Assembly: GCA_964247055.1 (NCBI GenBank)
Contig: OZ176051.1
Coordinates: forward strand, 12,772,001-12,836,000
DNA: 64,000 nt
Origin: Paragordius varius
Taxonomy: Eukaryota > Animalia > Nematomorpha
Direction of reading: 5' to 3'
Program-made: the position numbers and the translations under genes
In this document: one piece after another, positions 37,085 to 48,753 of the stretch
How positions within the stretch are numbered: the first letter of the stretch is position 1
Layout: each line of letters begins with the position of its first letter
The notes under the pieces: model-generated
What the model was told of the DNA's origin: nothing
Seen by the model: the letters and a program-made list of their open reading frames with translations, nothing else
Databases searched by the model: none

Positions 37085-38460
37085 TGATATATTCAAAAAT
37101 AGTAGTATATTTTTGATTATTTTTTTATTTAAAAGTTATTATTTAATCCAATAAATATCAGAATATCATAAATAATTACAAAACAATATTTTTAAAAAAA
37201 ATTTGTTACGTGGGCTGCAAAAATCCCAATTTGGCTCTTCTAGGGTTTTTAATTAAACGCAAAAATGCAGATGGCGATAAAATTAATATATGCGAAAGAT
37301 ATTATATACAGTGCATATTTTCAAAAAATACGTCAAACGCTTTAATATTGTAAAAACACTTTTTATATAATTTTGCTCATCATCGCTTAAAATTTTAATC
37401 AAAGAATATTTAATTATTGGTGAATTTTTAATAAACACAATTTTTATTTAACAAAAATTTAAGGACATTTTAATCCAAACTCTGAGGTAATTAATATTTA
37501 GTCAAATTTATAAAAAAGTGTCATTACTGTGTAATTTTGCCAAAAAATATAAATTAAGAAAAAAGTTCCTCATAAAATCAACTGCTATTCTTAGTTTGGG
37601 AAAATTATCAAAAAAATCACACTATAAGTTAAATAATTTTAAAATCACAATCATTAATATCAGAAAAAGTGATATGCTTTATTTTTATAAGATAATACTG
37701 TAATCTCATCACTTTTTCACTTTTTTGTTTACAGTATTAAATAATATTTTAGTAAAATTAATTATAAACATTGTTCTTATTTTTTTAAAGTTTATAATCA
37801 TTATAGTTTGGGCAGCTCCAAAACACGATTGAAACTGATATTAAATCTTACTAGGCTGATTTCGGACCTAATAACTGAATTAAGAAGTTTTTTAATATAT
37901 TAAGTTTTTCCTAAAATTAAAAATCTTTTTAAAATGCTTATTTACATTTACTAAAATAACATGTTGATTTAAGCGCTTTAACACTTAAATTCGAATTCGG
38001 GTATCTAAATAATCAAGACTAAATTTTAATATATTTAGAAAACTATATGAAATCCCAATTTATTATACCTTTCCTAATAAAAATATAATAGCAAAAAATC
38101 CAAATAAAATTTCATTTAAAAAGTTCCATTTAGTGTTATATTTATTTTAAAGGTAAAGTAGCTAATTATTCTTATTTTATCTAGCAGTGATGATAATAAA
38201 AGTGGATGCATACATATTACGTTGACTAAATTTTTACATTTTGGTTATAAAAATAAGTAATATTAAGTATTTCTATATATTTCACTCCCTTGGATACAAC
38301 ACATTTCTTTGTCCTTCGATTCAAATTCGGGTAGTTGGATACCCAGGTGGAATGAATCGTAACCATGGCAAAAATATGCTTATTTACAACATAAATGAAC
38401 CAAAATATATAAAAAAAATCATTTGAAAATTTTTGATATTGTTTATTTTTAGGCAAAACC
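37085..38460. repeat. left arm of a large degenerate inverted repeat (partner ~43300-45015)
   Basis: Blocks at ~37200, 37520, 37800 and 38290 match in reverse-complement order blocks at ~44880, 44060, 43700 and 43640. Confidence 0.65.
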
Positions 38461-39190
38461 TTAATGTAAAAATTTGGTTAACATATGTGTACATTACCTA
38501 ATTATAATACAAAATAAACTTTTTTTTCTGTTTTTATCAATGTTAGATGTGATTCTTAAATAGATTTCATTTTATCTTAAAAATAAAAAAACATGATATA
38601 TTGCAAAAACTTTGCAAAATAAAAATGGCGTCGAAGCAGTTTGATATGGAACTTTTTTTTCAAAACCAAATTTTATTTAGATATTTTTATCTATATAATT
38701 TTGATTAGGAAAGAGGCATTAATCAATTGGAACCGTTTCTTTTATTAGTTTTTTTTAAAATTTGAACTTAAATTTAGTCTGGGGTTAGATACCCCAATTT
38801 AAGTTTAAAATCCCTTGTTCTTCTTTATTTCATAAAGTATTTAATTTTAAAGACAGAGTTATCCAACTAACCTAATTTGAATTGAATTTGTGAATGTGTT
38901 GCATCAAAGTATTAACATTTCGATTCAATTTGGGGTATCTGAATACCCTAGACTTAATTTAAGTTAGGATTTTACTTAAGGAAACGGCTTCAATTTGAAT
39001 GTATGCTTCTATCCTAATAAAAGTTATAAAATATGCCAAAATATCTAAAAAATTTGTTTTGAAAAAATGTTCCATATAAAACTACTTCGACGGCATTTTC
39101 ATTTTGCAAATATCATATTCATTTAAATTTAACACTATACAACATCATTTTAGTGTTTCAAATTAGGGTAGTTAAATACCCCCCATGCCT
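38285..39190. mobile_element. cluster of TTAA-type (piggyBac-like) MITE copies
   Basis: Carries CTTGGATACAACAC and TTCGATTCAA(A/T)TTGGGGTATCT end motifs in both orientations. Confidence 0.6.
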
Positions 39191-39399
39191 GTTTAAAATT
39201 AAACTTAGTATTATATAATAAACTAATTTATTTTTTTACTATCATTTTATAGGTTACTAAATAAATTATATTATGAAATGGGGCAGTTATTGTATAATCT
39301 TGAATTGTTAATATCAAAGGTAATCACCTTCACCCTTTTAAAGCGCTTTAATTCAACAACAGATAATTTGGCCTATCAAAGTTCGGTTATCATATCCTG

Positions 39400-39831
39400 A
39401 TGTCAGAAGTCAGTGTAAAAAAACCGAAAATTAAAACTGGGAGGTTTTTGTTTTTTTTATTTAGATTATATGCTCGTGCTGTCTTTACCGGTTACAAAAG
39501 AAGTTTACGTAATCAACGGGAACATACATCACTTTTACGTGTTGAAGGAGTTTTTAACAGAAAGGACGCCTCCTTTTACCTAGGGAAGAAATGTGCCTAT
39601 ATGTATCGAGTTAAAAGGTATTTTCTAATATATATCTTTAAAGACGAAAAGTGGGTGACAAGGTTATAACTCACAAAATTATTTGGGGTAAAGTCACTAG
39701 GCCACACGGTGTAAGTGGTGCAGTGCGTGCAAAGTTCAAGAAAAATTTACCACCTCAAGCGATGGGAAAACGCATTAGGATTGTAATATTTATATAATAA
39801 TTTTTAGATGCTTTATCCTTCAAATATATGA
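39400..39831 (+). CDS. RPL35A: 60S ribosomal protein L35a (eL33); introns 39444-39464 (21 nt), 39618-39643 (26 nt), 39783-39807 (25 nt)
   Basis: Spliced product [97 protein letters not shown] matches the eL33 signature throughout. Confidence 0.97.
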
Positions 39832-39887
39832 GATTACTATCTATGAAATATCAATAAATATTAAATATCAATTTATTCATATTTTGC

Positions 39888-40950
39888 TTATAAATAAAAT
39901 TCGCAATCAGGCATCGATTTCTTTAATAGTGTTTTTAATCTGTTTGATTCAGGCTCATCGTTTAGTTTAAATTCTTTTTGTAATTTTGGGGAATCTTGTA
40001 TCCAAACATGTTTCAATGTATTTTTAAAATAATGCAAACAACTAGCTAAACCACGATATGTTATGTGGGGACAACCGCTGATATCTAATTGAGTAAGGTG
40101 GCTCACTATCGATGGCAATCGCGATAAATATATATCATTAACGTCAGGACATCCCCGCATATATAGTCCTTCAATGTAGTCAAGACCCTTTAAATTTGTA
40201 AGGGCATGGTAATTAAATTTTAAGCCTGATAAATCTAGGCATTGAATGCAACCATCTTTCATAACAAGGTCGCTATCACTTTTGTTTGCATCTAAGAATT
40301 GGTCGTAAAAAATGTTTGTCATATATGCAAAAGGTTGATATGACTGGTTAATTGAGGAGAAAGGCAAAAGGACCGATAAATTCTTAAGTGAAGCGACATC
40401 AGTATTAGGATCAATTTTTTGTACTAAAGATAATCCAGCTTTAAAGGTTTCCATGGGTGATTGCGATTGTTTAGCATGTAATATTGATGTGTACCAATAT
40501 TTTTGATTCCAAAATTTAACAGCACCTCCAAGTTTGAGGGTAAACACGGCTGCATTTAAATCGGCTCCGTATTGTTTTTGTTCTTTCTCCATTTTTCTAT
40601 ATTGAAAATATTTAAAATACTTAATATCTTTTCTTTCAAGTATATTTTTAACTTTGCCGATAATAGCATTATCATATTCCCTAAATGGTAAAGCACGAAA
40701 CATTCCCATTTTGGCACGAAACGTATCTAAAATATGTGCTTCAACTTTCCTAACCTAATAAAAAAATTTACCATTTTTCTGTCGGATCTGGATCGTATTT
40801 AAACGCAATATTTCTTACAATCAAATTTTTAAAAATTGGATGCGGATGGCATAAAGCATGGGTCATGTGTAAAAATAATCTTTCTTTGTCCGTGATGACA
40901 TATTGGGGAGTTTTGTTCTCAAAACTTAATTTTGTGATTAAACTACTCAT
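39888..40950 (-). CDS. DMAC2: DMAC2/ATP5SL-like mitochondrial complex I assembly factor (about 346 aa); intron 40750-40771 (22 nt)
   Basis: Motifs TLKLGGAVKF..W, LRR-like LDLSG/LYMRGCPDVND.YLSRL/LDISGCPHITYRGLA and terminal MPDCE parallel DMAC2. Exons 40950-40772 and 40749-39888 join in frame (..TEKW|KVEAH..). Confidence 0.8.
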
Positions 40951-41894
40951 ATATTAGTTAAGATTTATTAGACATTGTTTAGTATTAAATAAAAATTATA
41001 TTGTACAGTTTTGTAACATCTAGATTCTGAACTAGACACAACTTTAAAACACTATTGAAATAAGCTCGATTTAATTAAACATTTTGCTGAATATAAACCG
41101 GTGGCTAATAGAGAGTGTACTAACTGTAAAACAATAATTTAAAAATAAGGAACAATTTGATACTATGACAAATGTTTTCAGTTTCACTGCATGGATCGGG
41201 GGTATAATCTAGATGTATTTATATCATAGTAGTAAATGTTTTAGCATTATTATGGTCTTTTGGTTTTAATCCAGAATTGAAGAATTATTTATCTTTGTGG
41301 TAAGTGCACATTTAAAAATGAAAATCTTTGAGGACAAAACATTTTAAATAGCTAAATGCTCCATTTTAAAAAATATTCCGAAATTTTTTAAAAGCGTAAT
41401 CTCCTTATTATTTGGTTACATAATCTCATGAAGTGCGAGAAATTTGAGACTTTTAGGGCATACATCTTAAAATTAAATTTATTTTTTTACATGTGGATAC
41501 AAAAATTTATATATATAAACAAACTTTGACCTTACGCTCTTACCCAAGAGTAATTTATTTTTTCCTAAAAGCCAAAACTAAAAGCAACATAACTTCATTT
41601 TTCTCTAATTTTGGACTTTACTATATACTATTAAGGACTTAGTGTTGTTGAACCTATATATAAATTTAATCATATAAAAACTCCTATTCAATGGTGAAGG
41701 TAAATATAAAAACCCCCATACCTTGGGTTTTCCCAGCAGAGCATTGTATATCTTTGAAAATATTTTAGCCAAATTTAAAATATCTTCCCTTTAGCCTTTT
41801 TTAGCTCCTTCACACATAAAAAATATTCAAAAATATAACAATGTAAAAAAATCTTTAACTCAAACTTTGCCGCAATTTTTTTCTATATTATCTA

Positions 41895-43650
41895 ACACTT
41901 GAATACTACACATACATATCCCTTCGATTCAAATTGAGAAAAACAAAAATTTGCTTAAATTTTACCCTTAAAATTATATGAAGACGATATTTTGCAAAAA
42001 TTTTGTAAAATAAAAATGGCGTAAAAGTAGTTTGACATGGAATTTTTTTTATAAACAAAATTTTATTTAGATATTTTGGCATATTTATACAATTTTTATT
42101 AGGATAGAAGCATAAATTTAAATTGGGACCGTTATTTCAGTCATTTTTTAAAAATCCTATCAAATTTAGTCTGGGGTATTTAGCCCCAATTTAAATTGAA
42201 GTGTTAAGATTGTTTAAAAATATATAGTTTTTCCTGAAAATAGCCTGAAAGCTTCCTAAAATGCTGTTTAACATTAACAAAATATACACTTGCTTGCATG
42301 TTGCATTTAGCGTAAATTTTTAATTCAAATTGGGGTATCTAAATACCCCACTTTATATTAATATTTATGAAAAAATACTTAATAAAGTAATTTTAATTTA
42401 AATTTGTGCTTCTATCTAAATAAATATAATATGATTAAGGCAAAATATCTAAATAAAATTTCTTGTAAAAAAGTGTTAGGTCAACCTATGTCAAACTATT
42501 TTTATTTTGCAAAATTATTGCAAAATATCGATCATTTTATTTTAGGTAAAGTTAATGCTAGGTTTTTATTTTAATTACATCTAGCAGTAATGAAAGAGAA
42601 AGTCGTTTGGATTTAGCCGATAAACACATGTTAGGTTGACTAAATTCTTAAATTTGGGTTTTACATTAACATTTCGATTCAATTTGGGGTATCTAAATAG
42701 CCCAGACCAAATTAAATATAAAATTTCAAAAAACTACTGAAGAAAACGGTTCAAATTTAAATTTATGCTTCTATCCCAATAAAATTTATATAAATATGCC
42801 AAAATATCTTGATAAAATTTTGTTTTTAAAAAAAGTTTTATCTCAAACTACTTCGACGCCATTTTTGTATTACAAAATTTTTGCATATCGTCTTGATATT
42901 ATTTTAAGGGTAGAATTAAAGCTAATTTTTTATATATATATCTAACATTGATAGAAACGGGAAAAGCGGTTTATTTTGTATTATTTTTTAATTTTACAAT
43001 TTGACACATGTCACGTTAACGAAATTTCTACCTTTCGGAAATAAGTATAAAGTATTATATAAGATTTTTTATATATTTCGGTTTATTAATGTAAAAGTGC
43101 AAAGTTTTGCCTTTACTTTAATTCCTTCCATACTTTTTGTATTTGATTTTAACAAACCTGAGGTATCCAACTACTCCAATTTGAATCGAAGGACTAAAAT
43201 GAGTGTGTTGTATCCAAGTGTTAAAATAAGTATGATCAAGTTTTGAATATAATTTTAATATATTTCGGTTTATTAATGTATGTATAAGTGCAAATTTTTG
43301 CATGGCTTCAATTTGCTTATTTAATAAAATATTAATTTTTTAACAGGCCTGAGGCATCCAATTATCTAACAATGATAGAAATAGAAAAAGCTGTTCATTT
43401 TGTAGTATTTTTCAATTTTAACATTGCACGCATGCCACTTTGACTAAATTTTTACCTTCGGTTTTAGATTAAAATAAGTAATATCAAGAAATTTTATATA
43501 TTTCGGTTTTTTAATGTTATATAAATGCTATATTTTGCCATCGATTCCTTCCATATTTTATAAAGAATTTAATTTTAAACAGGCCTGGGGTATTCAACTA
43601 CCCCAATTTGAAACGAAGGAGTAAAGGAATGTATTGTATCCAAGTGTTAA
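41895..43650. mobile_element. array of TTAA-flanked (piggyBac-like) MITEs; complete copy at 42670-43220
   Basis: TTAA|CATTTCGATTCAATTTGGGG ... GTGTTGTATCCAAGTG|TTAA. The internal repeat TTCGATTCAAATTGGG sits at the tip of one end and about 25 bp inside the other. Confidence 0.7.
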
Positions 43651-45015
43651 TTCACTCGTTACTTTTAAACCAAAATCTTCCTGATATTTAATATCATCTG
43701 TTTCAATCGTGTTTTGGAGTTGTCCTATATAAACTTTGTATCTAATAAATGAGAACAATGTTTCTAATTGAATTTCAAATATATCTTTTAAAACTGTAGT
43801 TTGTTTATTAGGCACTGGATATAAAACTCCTTTAAAAAGCAAACTAGAACATTGAAAAGGTAATAAGATGTATACATGACATATATTTATTATCTAAAAA
43901 TAAGGTAAATCTTTTTCTCCAATTTTAATAATAGCTGTGATTTTAATAAAAATAATATAGTATTACAATTTTTGATAATCTTAAAAAAGAAATAGCGTCA
44001 ATTTAATTTTATGAGGTGTTTTTTATAACTTTATTTTTATTTTTTGACTAAATTACACAGTGACAATAATAATAAATTAATGAAATATATAGATTCGGAT
44101 ATGAAAATTAGGATTACTGATGCTTAAGGCTTTGGCCCTTACGAATATATAAGAAACACCTTTGTGGTAAATGTTCAGTATTATAATATCATAAAATTCG
44201 CGCGTCTCCATATAAATATTATTGGTGTAAGCAGAATCCTTTATTTTAATTATCTAATTATATTAAAAACTACCTAGAAGCAAAACAATGTTTTCTTAAA
44301 AAAACTTTGATGCAGGCTCCAAATTTTTTTTTCGCTATTCCAAAATGGGCTCCTTTAAAATATACGCAAAATTGCAGAGCAGGCGATAAAAAATTTAAAC
44401 ATATGCTAGATGATATAAACTAAAACAATTTTCAAACCTAATATTTTCAAAAATTAATTTTTAATATTTTAGTAAAGCGTACTTTATACCTTTAAGCATG
44501 ATATAAAAACAGTATTTGATTTGGCTAAAAATTTTTATCACCTTAGAATTTCATTAAATTTATGTTAAAGAAAAATTGTGTTTATTTAGAAAAAACCAAA
44601 AAAAAAAATTACCAATGATTGGTAGAAAATAAAAACAAAATCTTAAATTACATTTTGAGCGATGATGGGCGGTTTCAAATAATATAGAAAAGGTGTTTTT
44701 TATAATATATTATAATGGTTTGGGACCGTATCCATCAGGTATAGAAATGATATAAAATAAGCTTCAACAAAACTTTGCTAAAAATTAAATTTTTGAAAAT
44801 AGTATGCATTGTATACAATATCTTTAGCATATTTTAATTTTATCGCACATCTGCATTAGCGAAAAAAATTGGGACTTTCGCAGCCCACATCTAAACCAAA
44901 TTTTTAAAAAATATTTTATTTTTGTGAACAATTTATAATTCTAATATTTATTGGATTAAATAATAACTTTTAAATAAAAAGATAATGCAAAATATCCCAC
45001 TTCTGTATATATCAT
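43300..45015. repeat. right arm of the large degenerate inverted repeat
   Basis: Reverse complement of 37085-38460, with an extra insert (~44130-44560) related to ~49520-50000. Confidence 0.65.
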
Positions 45016-45166
45016 ATTAAATGTGATTTAATAAAAAGGGATACATTTTAAGAAAATCCAAAAAACATAATATATTGCGAAAATGTTGTAAAATAACAAT
45101 AGCTTTCAAGTAGTTTGATACGGAAACTTTCTCAAAAACTAAATTTTCTTTAGATACATTGGCTCA

Positions 45167-48100
45167 TAAAACTTTCACGCATGTAAACACATGCTTTTAA
45201 TCGAGTGGGAAAGGTATGGTATACCTACCCATCTCTTATCGATCTTTTTACCAAAAACATTGATTTTTACCTTCTCCGAATATTAGAAATAGTTAGATCC
45301 TATTCCTTACATATCCATAACATATTTCCTATTCACATTCTTTCATTCGAAGGACATTCTGCTAATGTTGAAATCACGCAATCTCAGCATCCGCATCGCC
45401 ACATGGAATTTACGCGGATCCTACAAAAACCACAAACTAGATATTGTCGTTAACGAGATGGCTAAGCATAAAATTGACATACTAGGAATTTCATCACACA
45501 TCCCCTCTACCGGAACCTTAGAATTCGACAATCATATTTTGTATTATTCCGGCCACGACTCATCAAAATACAACGGTGTCGGCATAATAATGAACAAAAA
45601 ACTAGCTAACTTATCGGACATTTTTAATCCAATAAATGATCGTATTATCGCAATCCGCATAGAAACAACCCCTCAACCCATTACTATCCTCCAAATTTAC
45701 GCACCTACCTCCTCTTACAGCGATGACGACTGTGAAAAATTTTATAGCGATCTCGACTTGGCGATTTCCCAAATTTCAAAAAAGGATATCATATTTATCT
45801 TGGGCGATTTTAATTCAATCATCGGAACAGACAAAACACCTCCTATGACGGGCGGCATGGGCTTGGGCATAAAAAACGAGAGAGGAGACAGATTGATTGA
45901 ATTTCGTGCTAACCATCGTTTCTTCGTCGCAAACAGCTTTTTTAAACAGCCCAAACGACGTCTATACACATGGCGTTCCCCGTGTCAAAGATACCGTAAC
46001 CAGATTGACTTCATATTAGGTATGGTAAAATACAAAAGTTCATTTCAAAATGTCAAATGCCTACCAGGATCGGATTGCTACAGCGACCACAACCTATTGA
46101 TCGCCAAACTCCGAATTAAATTACAACTTCCTAAAACATCCAAACCCACAAGAACAAGATAAGATTATGATACAATCGACGACAAGTTTAGCACCGCTTT
46201 ATCAAATCGTTTCGATTGTCTTGATCATAATTCCGAAAACTATCAGGATATAAACTTCTTTTGGAACGATATATATACAATCTGCCGAGACACAGCCGAC
46301 GAATTCATTCGGCCTCTCAAACGCAATAAAAATAAAATAAAATTGTCAGCCAAAAGTCTCGAGATCGCAGAAAAGCGTAGAGACTCAAAAACCAAATGCA
46401 AATGGGATAAATACAAACAACTAAACAGTGAATTTCAGAAGAGTGCAAGAGAGGACACAAATAAGTATTATGACCAACTATGTGAAAAATTAGAAACAGA
46501 CGCCAAAAATAACCAAAACCTCTTTGCCCATGCAAACAATATTATTCCACACAAAAAAGTTTTTTATAAGGGACCTATGAGAAACGACAACAACTCAATC
46601 GTCACTGAAAAAGACGAAATTCGCAAACTATGGCACAAACATATAAACAAACTATACAATGTAAATAACCCCCCCAACTATTAACGAACTTACTAAACAA
46701 AAAGAACCACCTATTATGAAAGAAGAAGTGGAACTCGCCATAAAACACTCTAGCACCGGTAAATCAGAGGGCCACAAGGACATCCCTACTGAAATAATAA
46801 AATACATTCCAATCGATATACTCACCAAACTTTTTCAAATCATATTTGAGATGGAAAAATTCCTGAGGATTGGTGTACATCCATTATGATTCCGATTTTA
46901 AAAAAGGGTAACCCAGAACTGTGTGACAACTATCGCACCATAGCGCTCATAAACCAGGTGTCCAAAGTTTTTCTAAAAATAATACAATTTCGTCTAAATT
47001 CCATTCTTGACCCCGAAATATCCACGATTCAGGCTGGTTTTCGAAAAGGTAGAGGATGCCGAGATATGATATGTAACATGAGGTGGATAATCGAGAAACA
47101 CATCGAATTTAACAAAGAATTGCATATGTGCTTTGTCGATTTTTCCAAAGCATTTGATTCCATCCAGCACAATAAACTACGGAAGGCTCTAAAACAACTC
47201 GGAGTATCAACACATTTAATCAACATCATATTTTCAATTTATTCAAATTCCACGGCTATAGTATCCACACCATACGGTATATCTGACCCATGTAGGGTAC
47301 AAGTCGGCCTCCGTCAAGGATGCGTTTTATCACCAATTCTTTTTAACGCATACCTGGAGTGCATTATAAGAAATATCCCACAAACTTACGGCATCAACGT
47401 AGGTGGGAACTTACTTACATCCGTTCACTACGCGGATGATACAGTCTTATTCGCAGACAGTCTAGACACATTATCGCAAGCTTTGCAAGTGTTTACAACT
47501 GAATGCAATAAATTTGGATTAAATATCAATTTCAAAAAAACAAAAGTCATGCAAATAAATCCGGCTCAAACCAATTCAATAATCCTCAACGGCAACCAGA
47601 TCGAAACAGATAGCAGCTACACGTACTTAGGTAGCATTATTAATAATGAAAACAACTCTACGCCTGAAATAAAGCGAAGAATTGCTATTGCTAAAGCAGT
47701 AACTTTTAAATATAAATTTGGATGTCACATGACATTAAACTACAAACCAAAATCAGATTAATCAAAGCTACAGTTTTCCCCACATTCATGTATGGGGGGG
47801 AAAGCTGGACACTGAAAAAATATGATGAACGTCTAATAAATTCTTTCGAATTATGGGTTTGGAGAAAACTTCTTTAAACAAAATGGACAGACAAAGTTTC
47901 AAACACCACCATTCTAAATAAAATAAACCCAGAAATGTCACTCCTTGGCAGCTTAACACGGCAAAAACTCTCCTTCTTCGGGCACATCATGAGATCCAGC
48001 TCACTCGAAAAATCACTGATGCTGGGGAAAGTGAGTGGTGCCCGAAAAAGAGGGAGAAGACGAACTCGTTGGATGGATAACATCCTTAAAGAAACCAACC

Positions 48101-48207
48101 TATCCTTATCCGACCTAAACACCAAAACCGGAAATCGAAATGAATGGATAAGCTATATTTTCAATGTTGCAATTAGTCGGAATCGACTTTAGCAAACAAC
48201 AACAACA
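45167..48207 (+). mobile_element. full-length RTE-clade LINE (APE endonuclease + RT), disabled
   Basis: TSD ACATTGGCTCA at 45156-45166 and 48208-48218, with a (CAA)n tail. Motifs IATWNLRG, GDFN, NQIDF, SDHN, QAGFRKGR, GLRQGCVLSP, YADD and LEK..MLGK..RGR..RWMD. In-frame TAA at 46160 and frameshifts near 46670, 46860 and 47710. Confidence 0.97.
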
Positions 48208-48289
48208 ACATTGGCTCAATTATTTAATTTTTAAAAACCCTCTCTTTCAGGGGTTTCTCAAAAATATTAGCTTATAGAGTTAGTGATAT

Positions 48290-48753
48290 TTAGTTACCCC
48301 AATTTGAATCGAACAGGCTTTTTTACTCTGATTTTAAAGATAGTGTGATATTACCCTGATTTTAAACATAGTGTTATATAAACCAAAAGTTAAAAATTTG
48401 GTCATCATAACATGTGTGCAATGGTAAAATTGAAAAATAATACAAAATAAACCGCTTTTTCTATTTCTATCAATGTTGGATGTAATTTAAATTAAAAATT
48501 AGCTTCTATTTTACCCTTAAAATTAAATGAAAACATTTGCAAAAATTTTGTAAAAAAATGGCGTCGATGTATTTTGACATGGAACTTTTTTTCAAAACAA
48601 ATTTATTTAGATAATATGACATATTTATATAATTTTTATTAGGATAGAAGCATAAATTTAAATTGGTACCATTTCCTACAGTAGTTTTTATAAAAACCTA
48701 AATCAAATTTAGTCTGGGGTATGAAGATATCCCAATTTGAATCGAAGTGTTAA
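48290..48753 (+). mobile_element. TTAA-type MITE copy (partial)
   Basis: Ends CCCAATTTGAATCGAAGTG|TTAA; same internal motifs (AAAATGGCGTCG, TTTAGTCTGGGGTAT). Confidence 0.65.

Noticed and set aside
45365-48192. In-frame TAA as evidence of a ciliate-type genetic code or read-through
   Set aside because: Frameshifts co-occur in the same element, and host genes (DMAC2, C45) have long stop-free ORFs ending in TAA under the standard code.
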